From positions 45,119 through 109,118 of the IMG/VR virus record IMGVR_UViG_3300027143_000001: a stretch of 64,000 nt of DNA, one strand, 5' to 3'. The position numbers and the translations under genes were made by a program. The DNA comes from a virus. Below are positions 40,421 to 49,986 of the stretch, one piece after another. Under the pieces are notes generated by a model. It was given only the letters and a program-made list of their open reading frames with translations. It did no database searches and was not told the origin of the DNA. Position 1 is the first letter of the stretch. The number at the start of each line of letters is the position of its first letter.

Positions 40421-42061
40421 TTACTTAGGTTTATTAAACTGGCAGTTGAATACAGAAGGTCCCAAGTCGGCAAGGTTAGAGGGTATATTGTAATAGGTGC
40501 GGTCTCTTTGAGAGAAGTTAAAGTTGGTAATGCTTGGCGCATATCCTTTGACGCTCACAATCTCAGCAAATTGGCTGTCCCCAGGGTTAAAACCTGGATT
40601 AAAAACACCAATGAACTTTGCGTTGTGAGGGTAGAGTGCATTTGCACCACCACCAATACCTGTTTGTCCAGGGTTTAATGTAGCAACAGTGCTAATGCTT
40701 TGACCTTGCAAAACACCAAGACTTGTTCTTACTATTTTGCGCACGCCATCAACTGCAGATGAAGGGACATCCCATCCGGTCAGCACTGTTCCTCCATAAT
40801 CATTACTTATTGAAGTACTTTTGTTAAAAGTCATGACCATACCGTTAGGCAACGTTATCAATTTGGACATGTTGCTAAACGATCCTGAGGTCGTATTTAC
40901 AGAATATGACATGGCAATGATGTTCATGGTTTGCGTTACCGGATCAAGTACCAGAATGCCATTTGAAACATTGAGATTGGCCTGAGTATCCACCGCAATC
41001 CTTGGGACGCAGTAGATCTTCAGGGTATTGATGTCATGACTGGCATCACGAGGCTTTTCCAAAAATGCAGACTGTATCTGAATATTTTTTGTCATACCTG
41101 TATAGGTTGTTCTTAAATTAGGCGCAGACACCAGTTCTCCACTAGTCCCCCACGCACTTTGTTTGACATAAAAAATGCGTCCGCGTCCTTTTCCAGGCAT
41201 CAGATATATACACCCACTGGGGTGAACAATGGCATCTGAAATTGCAGTAAAATTCCGCGCTGACGCACTATTTGACCCTGCTGAATCCGTAGCGTATGCA
41301 GGGGTAAAACCCGTTGTGTCTGGGTAATCTGTATAGGTTGTACCAGCTTCATCTCTCCAGCTCAGGACTGATTGTCCAAAAGGCGCAGTAGTTGCAAAGT
41401 AATTTGAGTAATAACTGTCTTCCACCGTGTCAGCGGAAGCATTTGAAGTAGTGGTAATTCTGAAAGACTGAGCATATACCGAAAACACGTAGATCTTATT
41501 GTCAGTTCCCAGTACCGCACTACTTATTGCGCGGTTAGTAATGAATGTGGCACCGCTTGGGCGCAACATGTCTGTGACTTTCCAAAGTTCACTGTTTGGA
41601 TTGAATATCACCCACTTGTTGTCATTGCTTCCACATTGCGCAGGAGGAAAGTATATCAATCCATTTGATGCTAATATTCCTGTGTTGAACCTGAAAAGTG
41701 CATTGTCAGTTGTATTACTGCTTACGGCACTAGGCGCACCCCATGATGGTTTTGCAAACCCACTTCCGTTAGCTGTTACACCGTTATCTGCCACCAGATA
41801 TGAAATGGTGGGCGGGGTGTAATTGGTGGTAGCTGTGTTGCTCGTACCAGGAACAATCTTCATGATCACAAAAGCCTCGTAAGTTCCTGACACATTGAAA
41901 GCAGTGGCTCCCAGTATGGCGTACATATTTCCGTTAGGGGCAAGCGTGGGTTTTGTAAACAACCCTATGTACGACGCACTACCGTATGCTCCTGCAAGTG
42001 GTGCAATATCACGTACGCTGTAGCCCCATGTTGCGGCCTGGTGTGTTCCTAAAGATATCAT
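40421..42061 (-). CDS. Putative tail fibre/receptor-binding protein, beta-propeller-like (546 aa)
   Basis: Repeated L(A/G)x(N/D)GxxY-like units (LAPNGNMY, LASNGLIY, LGTDNKIY, HPSGCIY, LPNGMVM); S/T/N-rich. Confidence 0.5.
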   Translation of the reverse strand: MISLGTHQAATWGYSVRDIAPLAGAYGSASYIGLFTKPTLAPNGNMYAILGATAFNVSGTYEAFVIMKIVPGTSNTATTNYTPPTISYLVADNGVTANGSGFAKPSWGAPSAVSSNTTDNALFRFNTGILASNGLIYFPPAQCGSNDNKWVIFNPNSELWKVTDMLRPSGATFITNRAISSAVLGTDNKIYVFSVYAQSFRITTTSNASADTVEDSYYSNYFATTAPFGQSVLSWRDEAGTTYTDYPDTTGFTPAYATDSAGSNSASARNFTAISDAIVHPSGCIYLMPGKGRGRIFYVKQSAWGTSGELVSAPNLRTTYTGMTKNIQIQSAFLEKPRDASHDINTLKIYCVPRIAVDTQANLNVSNGILVLDPVTQTMNIIAMSYSVNTTSGSFSNMSKLITLPNGMVMTFNKSTSISNDYGGTVLTGWDVPSSAVDGVRKIVRTSLGVLQGQSISTVATLNPGQTGIGGGANALYPHNAKFIGVFNPGFNPGDSQFAEIVSVKGYAPSITNFNFSQRDRTYYNIPSNLADLGPSVFNCQFNKPK

Positions 42062-42067
42062 CTGTTA

Positions 42068-43414
42068 TTATACTACTACGTTTGTAAGGTCACCGAACAT
42101 GTACCACAACGCGTCACTTCTTTTTACCAAAGTGGCAGCACTGTATCGTGTTCTTAAATATTGCATGCTGTTGGCACTTTCAAGGGTTACGCCTATTCCG
42201 CCTATGATGCGCACCTGTCCTGTTCCCTTTTGCATAATCGTCACCTGGTAGCCAACCGGAAAGTTGGTTAATCCTGCTGGAACAGTGATGGTTACAGGGT
42301 TGGAAGATTCGGCCAATACAACAACACCTGCATCTGTACTGGGAAAAGTTGCAGGGCCTCCTCCGGCCTGAACAGATCCTACAGCACCATCTGCTTTCAA
42401 TGTATATGCAACAACAGCACTCGTCAAATCTCTGAATCCTGCGACTCCTGTTGAACTGTTGGCTCCGTTGGAACCTGCAGGTCCCTGAGATCCTGTTGCA
42501 CCTGTCGCTCCTGTTGCTCCTGTTGGTCCAGCAGGGCCAGCGGGTCCCGCGGGGCCGGTAGCTCCAGCAGGTCCGGCAGGTCCGGTTGCACCCGTAGGTC
42601 CAGCAGGACCGGCAGGGCCAGCAGGACCAGTAGCACCAGGTAAACCATTGGCACCATTTGCTCCGGCAGGTCCAACCAGGCTAATACCCGTTGTTGGCCA
42701 TACCCCTCCTACTTTTGGGCCTATGAGAATGTTGGTGTCGGTTCTGATATAGTAGTCGCCATTGTTACCAATTGAATTGTTAGGCGCAAAGTTTCCTGAA
42801 AGGATTAAGTTTCCAGCAGGTCCTTGTGGGCCAACGCTTCCTCCAGTACCAGGAGGGCCTGCGATCTGGCCTAGATTCACCCAGCCGCTTCCATCCGCTG
42901 ATGTACTAGTAGGGTCATAAACATATATAGTCCCATTGACACCACTATCCACATCCGTTAACATGACAACTGTCAAGGGATCAGGTGTAGGAAAGTCTAC
43001 AAGCATGGTTGCATATGTAGATGTATATCCCTCAACCGTTACAGATTGTCCGGGAGCACCGGGAGGGCCTTGGGCACCTATGGCGCTGATCTCAATAACC
43101 TGTCCAGGCGTATCCACCACCACAGGGTCAATTCCGCCATTTAAAGTGACACTGCCGTCTAGTGCAGGTTGCAGGGTAAAGTTATTTGCACCACCAATGT
43201 TTCCATTGTTAGACAAACCTTGCAGTACGTCAGTCATGTTGTCGCCAGTATCAGCAACACCAGGAATGGCTGGTCCGTCATAACGAACACAAGATGTATT
43301 CATTACCTCTGGGCATGGCTCACCATCTACGCAGATGGGAGGTGCAGGTACGGTAACCGGAGGAGTAGTTGGCTCCTGAGGGCATCCGCAAGTTGAAGGG
43401 TTATCAGGGTACAT
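42068..43414 (-). CDS. Collagen-like fibre protein (448 aa)
   Basis: Cys-rich N-terminus (CVRYDGP), several G-X-Y runs, C-terminal VTITVP...[14 protein letters not shown]...W.MFGDL beta module. Confidence 0.8.
   Translation of the reverse strand: MYPDNPSTCGCPQEPTTPPVTVPAPPICVDGEPCPEVMNTSCVRYDGPAIPGVADTGDNMTDVLQGLSNNGNIGGANNFTLQPALDGSVTLNGGIDPVVVDTPGQVIEISAIGAQGPPGAPGQSVTVEGYTSTYATMLVDFPTPDPLTVVMLTDVDSGVNGTIYVYDPTSTSADGSGWVNLGQIAGPPGTGGSVGPQGPAGNLILSGNFAPNNSIGNNGDYYIRTDTNILIGPKVGGVWPTTGISLVGPAGANGANGLPGATGPAGPAGPAGPTGATGPAGPAGATGPAGPAGPAGPTGATGATGATGSQGPAGSNGANSSTGVAGFRDLTSAVVAYTLKADGAVGSVQAGGGPATFPSTDAGVVVLAESSNPVTITVPAGLTNFPVGYQVTIMQKGTGQVRIIGGIGVTLESANSMQYLRTRYSAATLVKRSDALWYMFGDLTNVVV
42458..42673 (-). 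repeat. Collagen-like (Gly-X-Y)24 coding repeat
   Basis: [30 protein letters not shown]...GSNGAN, 24 uninterrupted triplets. Confidence 0.9.
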
Positions 43415-43438
43415 ATCTTAAATAATGTTTTTCATAGT

Positions 43439-45025
43439 TTAGGGTTGGGCACACATGTTATAAGAAACACCTGCACAAAGCGGTACGGTTTGACCAGTGA
43501 TTGACTGCACACATCCCAAAATGCGGGTGACAGTTCCACATTGTCCGGTTCCTGAACATAGTGCGGTTGTTACGGCAACATAGTCAAGAGTTGCTTGAGA
43601 ATTACCTCCTGTAATTGACAGAACCTCTGTGTAGTAGCTTTGTACACCACATTCATTGGTAAGTTCAAAATACAAGGTTACATCTATCGTTGCGCCTGCA
43701 TTGCTAATAGGAGATCCTGTAGAAGAGTTCTGAAGAGTTACAGTTATACGCTTATTGGTTTCATTGTATGTAGTTGTCGATCCTGCAGTTGGTGTACAAT
43801 CAACAGTTGTTGTTGGAAGAATGGTCTCCTCAATATCTATGCACATCGGAATTATAGAAGACCTAAGCACTGCAATTTGCGTCACAGGCGCACTTCCACA
43901 GCCATAAACTGCTGTTACACGCACTGCGTAGTTTTTGTTCTCATTAGCAAACCCGTTTAAAATTGTAAGAGGTAAAGTTGCTGGATGAGATAAAATAGTC
44001 TGAGGTAATAAAGATGGACCTGATGGAGTGCTACCTATAAGATTAAAAATCTCAACAACGTACTCAATTGGAGGTTCACCAGTTCCATACAAGGGATCAC
44101 TCCAGGAAATCTGAAAATTATTTGATGTCACATTGTTGATGCTTAATCCCCGTACAGGTAAAGGAGAACACACAAGTACTTCCTGGCAACAGTCAATGAT
44201 CTTTGCTCTCATATCGCAGATGGTGATCCACATGTTGGAAAGCGTTTCTGCTAGTGTACTAGGATTACTTACCCAGCCTGGCAAATCTGCCATAATTGTT
44301 CCAGGTGTCATCAGTGAATCAACTGATTCAATAGTTGCACATCCTGCATAATCTGTCACAGCATTAATCTGGGCAATAGATCCCAGTACAGCACTTAAGT
44401 CACAAAAGGTAGACTCAAAGTTGGCAAACGCCATTTGGATAGGCAATACCAAACCAGGAGAAGGACCACTGGCACATTGCGTAGTGATGTTAATCACAGG
44501 AGATCCTGTAGTAGGCGTCTGATTTTCCAGAATTGTTACACGCTGGTCAAGGCTGTCAAGTTGTGTTTGGTGATCGTCTGTGATTGTGTACAGATCACAA
44601 ACAGCATTTGCAATAAGATCAATGTACTCTTCCTGGGTAACCTGTGTAATAGTATTGCCATCCCCGTCAATATATTGCAAACAGGCTGGTAAATCGTAGA
44701 GCATGTCAGGACCTGGTGTTACAGGATCGTCTGTCAACGCTTCACATAATTTATTTACAATAAGCTGGATAAGTGCTTCCTGTGTTTCAGGAGTAGTGTC
44801 ACCCACACCCAGCAAACAGTTTACATCTATGCCCGCTACATCAAACAGATTATCATTTAGCTCGCATACTTTAAGTGCAAGCTGATAGACCACATCTGTG
44901 ATTGTGTCCCCGCTGCACAATGACAGGCAGGAAATATCCGGTCCCTGCCACACCACACAGTTGCTGGACAACGGTGTACAGTTGGCATTTGGATCAGGAT
45001 TGCTATTTGACCTTACAGGGTTCAT
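43439..45025 (-). CDS. Cys-rich tail fibre/hub protein with FN3-like domain (528 aa)
   Basis: N-terminal SNCVVWQGPDISCLSLCSGD similar to the collagen gene N-terminus; heptad stretch; PVRGLSINNVTSNNFQISWSDP...YAVRVTAV fibronectin-III pattern. Confidence 0.65.
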   Translation of the reverse strand: MNPVRSNSNPDPNANCTPLSSNCVVWQGPDISCLSLCSGDTITDVVYQLALKVCELNDNLFDVAGIDVNCLLGVGDTTPETQEALIQLIVNKLCEALTDDPVTPGPDMLYDLPACLQYIDGDGNTITQVTQEEYIDLIANAVCDLYTITDDHQTQLDSLDQRVTILENQTPTTGSPVINITTQCASGPSPGLVLPIQMAFANFESTFCDLSAVLGSIAQINAVTDYAGCATIESVDSLMTPGTIMADLPGWVSNPSTLAETLSNMWITICDMRAKIIDCCQEVLVCSPLPVRGLSINNVTSNNFQISWSDPLYGTGEPPIEYVVEIFNLIGSTPSGPSLLPQTILSHPATLPLTILNGFANENKNYAVRVTAVYGCGSAPVTQIAVLRSSIIPMCIDIEETILPTTTVDCTPTAGSTTTYNETNKRITVTLQNSSTGSPISNAGATIDVTLYFELTNECGVQSYYTEVLSITGGNSQATLDYVAVTTALCSGTGQCGTVTRILGCVQSITGQTVPLCAGVSYNMCAQP

Positions 45026-45252
45026 AGGGTATTGATTCTTTCAATTACAGCATCATGTGTACAGCCTGCGCTGTCAACGTTACATCCACACGCTTTTCGC
45101 TCCTCTCCTCTCATATAGAGATTTCTCAGATCATCTGCCAGGTCAGCATCCACTTTTGCGCGACAGGTCTTAAGACCAAAGCGCTTGCGCTGCATGTCCT
45201 GAAAAAGAGCATCTGCAAAGAGCTGGTTGATATGGGTTAGCGTGTCAGTCAC
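45022..45252 (-). CDS. Small structural-module protein (76 aa, GTG start)
   Basis: GTGA and ATGA overlaps with both neighbours. Confidence 0.6.
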   Translation of the reverse strand: MTDTLTHINQLFADALFQDMQRKRFGLKTCRAKVDADLADDLRNLYMRGEERKACGCNVDSAGCTHDAVIERINTL

Positions 45253-45413
45253 GATTTAGTGAAGTTGTTGTTATTATTGATATTGGTGTTCGTGTATTTT
45301 AGCTGAGCTTCATACACTTTGATACAATTTGAGCATACAGAACGTCCGTCTGATGCAGTGCGAACCTGGCATGAGCAGCCAAGGTTGGTGTTACAGTTGT
45401 TACACTTTGCCAT
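45249..45413 (-). CDS. Small Cys-rich protein (54 aa), not in ORF track
   Basis: Hand translation MAKCNNCNTNLGCSCQVRTASDGRSVCSNCIKVYEAQLK...; fills the gap exactly, has an AACCAAC leader, and its TGA overlaps the next GTG. Confidence 0.7.
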   Translation of the reverse strand: MAKCNNCNTNLGCSCQVRTASDGRSVCSNCIKVYEAQLKYTNTNINNNNNFTKS

Positions 45414-45428
45414 ATACTTGTTGGTTGG

Positions 45429-45995
45429 TTAGCAGTTACAGGTAGAGCAACATCCGCTCTGGTACTTTTTCAACAGCTTCTGTGCGTAGGCAAGCATGTT
45501 CACCGCATCTTTTGGCGAGTGACAATATTCAGCCTTTGCTTTGGCTGCTTCTAAAAACATTTTGATGTAGCGCAGGTCATGCATTTTATCATGCTGCTCA
45601 GGAGTGGGCTCACACGCTGCAAGCTGCACTTTGCACACTTCCTTATAGTAGGTGTTCAATGTAGCAGTGATTCTCAGGTGGTAGTATTCCACGTACACCT
45701 TGTCATTTGGAGAAACACTATACTTGATGGTGTAAAGACCGTCTGGCAAATCTGCCACGGCAGGATTGTTCACCGGCATCAGTCCCAGGTCATAAGCAGA
45801 AAAGTTCTTGCAGAATCCAGGGGTTAAATCCTCTGTGATGTATACAGGCACTGTATAGCCAGGAACATAGATATCCAGGCGCTGGCAATCCACGTTCAAT
45901 CCTTGTGCGTATACAGAGGCGTCGCAGATGCGCAGGATGTTCTCACACGCTGTGTCTGGAACATCTAGGGATAAATGGTGTTTAAGTGCGGCCAT
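45429..45995 (-). CDS. Conserved structural protein (188 aa)
   Basis: DLPDGLYTIKYSVSP motif recalled from crAss-like tail/hub proteins; ACCCTATG start context. Confidence 0.55.
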   Translation of the reverse strand: MAALKHHLSLDVPDTACENILRICDASVYAQGLNVDCQRLDIYVPGYTVPVYITEDLTPGFCKNFSAYDLGLMPVNNPAVADLPDGLYTIKYSVSPNDKVYVEYYHLRITATLNTYYKEVCKVQLAACEPTPEQHDKMHDLRYIKMFLEAAKAKAEYCHSPKDAVNMLAYAQKLLKKYQSGCCSTCNC

Positions 45996-46019
45996 AGGGT
46001 ATAGTGGGCAGATTAATCT

Positions 46020-46039
46020 CTACAATAAGAATTTACAAA
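46020..46039 (-). promoter_or_regulatory. Phage-specific repeated promoter-like motif, copy 3
   Basis: TTTGTAAATTCTTATTGTAG right after a terminator and upstream of the 45995 start. Confidence 0.6.
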
Positions 46040-46051
46040 AAATACCTCTAC

Positions 46052-46089
46052 AAAACAAAAAAGGAGGCGAGTTTCCTCGACCTCCTTTT
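46052..46089 (-). terminator. Intrinsic terminator (possibly bidirectional) after the capsid operon
   Basis: Minus strand AAAAGGAGGTCGAG-GAAA-CTCGCCTCCTTTTTTGTTTT. Confidence 0.85.
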
Positions 46090-46111
46090 CATAGGGTAGG
46101 GTTAATTAAGA

Positions 46112-47578
46112 TTAAAGAGTGCTGATCAAGCTTGCTTCGCTTCCACCAGCAATAAGCCAGTTGTTCATGAATTGCTCAAAATTTGAGTTTGTTCCGTTGG
46201 TAACAATCTTCACCAAGTACTGGTCAGCATCCATAGTGCCTGATGGGTTGCTCTTGCGAGGAACACTGTGCAGGATGTAGTATGCTCCGTAGCGAGCAGC
46301 GCGAGATACGCCATTGCTATGTAATGTAGTAACATCTAATACTTCACGCATACGTGGATCATTGTTCCATGGCTCTTGCATGTAACGGTTAGACAAGATC
46401 AACTCGCGGATGATGGTCTCACCGAATCCGTTTCCTTGTGCAGTTGCTTGAGTTTCAAAAACACCACCTGTAGCTTCGTTAGTTACAAGCACGCTTTCAA
46501 AAGTCTTAGTTTCGTCAGACTGAACTCCAGTTGAACCGAAACACTTGGTAGCGCAAGGCTGATCCTTATCGTCTACAACAGAAGCGTAGATCTGGATTGG
46601 CTGCAACTCGTAGTGGTCAGTTGGCTGGAATGAACAGTTACCGAAAGTGGTATCTGCATAAGCACCAGTCAATTCCAAGAACGCGTCGTTGGTAGCTGGT
46701 GTAGCATCTGGAACGTATGAGCTGAACGCAGTAGTTACGTTGTTGTAGAACTTAACAGGAGTTGCAGCAGAAACAGTTACTGTCACAGCTGAACCGTCAG
46801 CATTCACCAAACCAACAGTTGTTCCACTTACGTAGTTATAACTCACAAAAGTGTTTGCAGGAATACCTGCACCAACTACTCTTTGGTTGGCAACAATACC
46901 TGTAGCAGAAGCAACAGTCAAGCTAGTTGCAGCAGCAGCAGTACCAGTTGTTTCAGCAGCTAAGCTGTATACTTTTGGCGATACAAACTGCTTTAAGATT
47001 GGACTTGCAGCCAATTGCTCTTTCCATTGAAGCAATACGATCAACGGATCTACAGCTGCACCAGGAGTAGCGCAACATCCAGTGTATGCGTCAACAGTCA
47101 TGTATGCGTTGTGCGTTAAGAAACGAAGTGCAGGAGAACCTTTAACGTCTACACGTAAACGGTAAGTGGTGTCACATACAAGTGCCGTGCAGTCAGCAGC
47201 GGGTTTTACCACAACGATGTTCTGAACAGGAGCCTCAGCTGGGATGTAGTAGAAAGCACTAACATATCTAGGGTTGATACCCTTAGATTTGATAGTCTCT
47301 TTGTACCCTCCGTGGAAAGGTCCGATCTTATCGTTTGCATGGAAGCTTCCTTGAGCCAAATAGATCATAGGAAGTTGCGCATACGTTGGGAAGGAACCTG
47401 GGTTCAAATCCAAAACTTTGTGAGTCTTAGCGTTGATTACACCAATCTGTCCAGCCAAAAGGGCTGTAGTAGCAATGGTACCTACTCCATTAGGAGCGCC
47501 TGTGTCATTTCCGTCTACAAACGGAGTTGCGTTCGTAGCTAACATGAGCTTCTGAAACGCGTGGGGAAAATAAGCCAT
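46112..47578 (-). CDS. Probable auxiliary capsid/major structural protein (488 aa)
   Basis: Last gene of the capsid operon before a terminator; Ala/Thr-rich beta insert (TSLTVASATGIVANQRVVGAGIPANT). Confidence 0.5.
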   Translation of the reverse strand: MAYFPHAFQKLMLATNATPFVDGNDTGAPNGVGTIATTALLAGQIGVINAKTHKVLDLNPGSFPTYAQLPMIYLAQGSFHANDKIGPFHGGYKETIKSKGINPRYVSAFYYIPAEAPVQNIVVVKPAADCTALVCDTTYRLRVDVKGSPALRFLTHNAYMTVDAYTGCCATPGAAVDPLIVLLQWKEQLAASPILKQFVSPKVYSLAAETTGTAAAATSLTVASATGIVANQRVVGAGIPANTFVSYNYVSGTTVGLVNADGSAVTVTVSAATPVKFYNNVTTAFSSYVPDATPATNDAFLELTGAYADTTFGNCSFQPTDHYELQPIQIYASVVDDKDQPCATKCFGSTGVQSDETKTFESVLVTNEATGGVFETQATAQGNGFGETIIRELILSNRYMQEPWNNDPRMREVLDVTTLHSNGVSRAARYGAYYILHSVPRKSNPSGTMDADQYLVKIVTNGTNSNFEQFMNNWLIAGGSEASLISTL

Positions 47579-47614
47579 AGGGTTATAAGAATTATGAGGT
47601 TAGATAAAAAAAAA

Positions 47615-48046
47615 TCATTGTAAAAACAGGAGCTTGTACTTGATGGAGTTGATTGTGCTTTTCACATTGTCCAGGTCGTTTCCTATCTCACTGTAAGGCA
47701 TCACTGACTGCAGGTCATTGACCATTGTCTTGAGCTCTCTTAAATAAGATAATCCATCCTCTACACTGTTCAAAATTTTAGGAGAACTTTCTTCACCATA
47801 CTCCAGCAACTTTTCATGTGCACCCTGAAATCCTTCTGCCAGTGTATCAGCATGTCCGGGCAATGCGTCATAGAGTTCATTTAAAGCTTTGTGGCTAGCA
47901 AATGAACCTGGTCCTGTTACCTTCAGGTGTAGTTTGTGAATACTTGTAGCAGCATTCATCAGTTCTGATACAACCATTGCAGTACGAGCTTCCAGCGTGT
48001 TTGTTGACGCACCTTCTACAGGTATGATAAGTTTACGCTTCTCCAT
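47615..48046 (-). CDS. Ferritin/Dps-like protein (143 aa)
   Basis: HKLHLKVTGPGSFASHKALNELYDALPGHADTLAE resembles the Dps HWxxxG..F...H...E.Y......D..AE pattern. Confidence 0.7.
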   Translation of the reverse strand: MEKRKLIIPVEGASTNTLEARTAMVVSELMNAATSIHKLHLKVTGPGSFASHKALNELYDALPGHADTLAEGFQGAHEKLLEYGEESSPKILNSVEDGLSYLRELKTMVNDLQSVMPYSEIGNDLDNVKSTINSIKYKLLFLQ

Positions 48047-48747
48047 TAGTTATTTCCTGTTGCGTTGGTTTTGTTACGTTGATACTGTGTGATAGACTCA
48101 ATGTCTCCAGCCAGTATGCTTGCAGCGTCATCAACAAGCATCTCTGCTACATCATCCTTAAACTCGCAGGTTACGTCTGCTGTAACAGCTTGTCCTGTGT
48201 TCAGGTTTATGCATCCTGCAAACTGTACGTCTATGGGTTTGCGGTAGTAGGTAAGCTTTGTGTCAGCAACTGTAAACTTGTTGTTGTGATAAATTCTGAA
48301 TTTGTTACCCTGTAATGTGCAGAAGGTTTCTCCCCACTCTGCACTGGGGTTTCTCAGAGAATCCACCAGCAGTTGACTAACATCTGCAACCGGTGCCAGG
48401 TATACACCGATGGCACGGTCCGGGCAGCAGTCTGTGTGGCTCTTGGCACTGATACGTTTGAAATACAAGTAGTCGGGTGGGAGTACCTGCGTTTCAAAGT
48501 ATATCAACTGGTTTGCACCAGTAAGCGGGGCTTCTACCAATAAACGTTGCAAGTCATCGATCAGGACATCAGAAGACTCATCGCCCTCCTTGGTCTGGTT
48601 AACACCATGAACCTGGCGTCTGACAAACTCCAGTTGTGCTTTGTTGAACGCTTCCGCGATCTGCCAGCACTCGATGTTGTCATAGTCCATAGAGGCCAAC
48701 TTATTGAGGCGCTCCTTTATCTTGATCTGTAACAGTGCGTTGTTCAT
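48046..48747 (-). CDS. Head-tail ring/adaptor protein (233 aa)
   Basis: AFNKAQLEFV, LPPDYLY and LTYYRKP motifs; position two genes after MCP as in Crassvirales. Confidence 0.6.
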   Translation of the reverse strand: MNNALLQIKIKERLNKLASMDYDNIECWQIAEAFNKAQLEFVRRQVHGVNQTKEGDESSDVLIDDLQRLLVEAPLTGANQLIYFETQVLPPDYLYFKRISAKSHTDCCPDRAIGVYLAPVADVSQLLVDSLRNPSAEWGETFCTLQGNKFRIYHNNKFTVADTKLTYYRKPIDVQFAGCINLNTGQAVTADVTCEFKDDVAEMLVDDAASILAGDIESITQYQRNKTNATGNN

Positions 48748-49760
48748 CAGTTATTCCACATTTTCTCTACGTTCTTTGTTAAGTCCATCAGGATCTCCTC
48801 GTTCAAAGGATTCTTCAGGTACTCAACCACATCTGAAGGATTCTTACCAATCATTGTCGCACTCTTCATGTGATAGATAAAACCATCACCACGGGTTGCA
48901 ATCAACTTGTACAGGTTTGCATCCTTTACAATGGCGCGCAACTTAAGCGTTTCCATATCCAGGCCGTTTACGTCCAGGAAGCGCTGTGCTGTCTTCTTCT
49001 TATCCTTCTCAACCGTTTCACCGTTGATATACTTATCCATGTTATCATAGAGTACGTCAAGCGGAGTGGTTTTACGATACTGTGTAGAATTGGGATCAAC
49101 AATCTTACACACGTAGAACAGCTTATTGGCGTTCTTGTCAAATAATTTCTGCAATTCAGCCAAAGCTTTGTTGCGTAATTTCTTCACTTCAGTTCTGATG
49201 GAAGCGGTCTCCTCAAACTTGTCTAAGTAGAATTTAGCTCCAGGACGTCTGCGTGCTTCTTCAAGGCTTGGTGCAATCAAGGAAAATCCTCCAGCTTCAA
49301 TAGCCTTAAGCTTGATCAGATCGTGTGGGTCTTTGATTGGATCTAAGAACACAGGATCATTGCCCATGCGAATCACAATTGTCTCCCAGAACTTTGCATT
49401 GTCTGGTCTAAGCAACTTGACTTTGTTCCAGAACTCCGGATCCTTTGGATCAATCACGTTAGATACCAGTTCTTTTTCAAGCTGCGCTACAGTGACGCGA
49501 ATCTGATTGATCTTTGCTTCACGCTCATCGTCATCCAGTTCTTTTAGTTCTGGTGCAAATTCATTGAGGCCCGTCATGTAACGACTGATACCATTAATGG
49601 TCAGACAGATTAGCGGCTCCTCGTGAAAACAGTTTTCAAACAAGGCCATGTTGTAACGCTGTAGACCCATGTTATCAGCAGAGGTGTCTACAAAAGGTCG
49701 GATGCTTACTTGTGCACCCGTCTTCAATGAGTTGTGTTTCTCAATCAAAGTAACTTCCAT
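48747..49760 (-). CDS. Conserved protein downstream of MCP (337 aa; possible portal-vertex protein)
   Basis: Start moved to MEVTLIEK (49760) because the track's extension lies in a structured RNA region; AACCAAC leader. Confidence 0.6.
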   Translation of the reverse strand: MEVTLIEKHNSLKTGAQVSIRPFVDTSADNMGLQRYNMALFENCFHEEPLICLTINGISRYMTGLNEFAPELKELDDDEREAKINQIRVTVAQLEKELVSNVIDPKDPEFWNKVKLLRPDNAKFWETIVIRMGNDPVFLDPIKDPHDLIKLKAIEAGGFSLIAPSLEEARRRPGAKFYLDKFEETASIRTEVKKLRNKALAELQKLFDKNANKLFYVCKIVDPNSTQYRKTTPLDVLYDNMDKYINGETVEKDKKKTAQRFLDVNGLDMETLKLRAIVKDANLYKLIATRGDGFIYHMKSATMIGKNPSDVVEYLKNPLNEEILMDLTKNVEKMWNN

Positions 49761-49789
49761 AAAAATTTTTAGTTGGTTTGGTGTTCTTC

Positions 49790-49969
49790 TGCAACATTGG
49801 TGGGGCATTGCTGCCTTTAAGCTCCTGAACCACGTCACGGTTGTTGCTTCTCAGGAGTACCTGAACCTTTCGGTCCAGGCTTGGCTGTACATTACTAATG
49901 CACAGAGGGAGGTGGTCATAAGTTAGCCTGCAAAGACCAGGAGGATTTTAATGCCCTCCTGGTTTGCAG
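49790..49969 (-). ncRNA. Putative structured RNA between MCP and the next gene
   Basis: Five hairpins, two closed by GNRA tetraloops; G-U pairs favour the minus strand; possible 6-bp pseudoknot. Confidence 0.55.
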
Positions 49970-49986
49970 TATTACCTTCAGGGTTC

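Noticed and set aside
42458-42673. CRISPR array or DGR repeat
   Set aside because: The repeats are collagen codons; no repeat-spacer array, reverse transcriptase or TR/VR pair was noticed in the window.
49761-49838. Track's longer N-termini for 48747..49838, 59283..60197, 61727..62068, 63200..63538 and 63400..63735
   Set aside because: The extensions overlap promoters, structured RNA or neighbouring genes; downstream ATGs have coupling overlaps or the typical leader.
49790-49969. Hammerhead, twister or HDV assignment for the post-MCP RNA
   Set aside because: No CUGANGA core; CAAGCC and CACCUCCC look suggestive but the required pairings were not found by eye.
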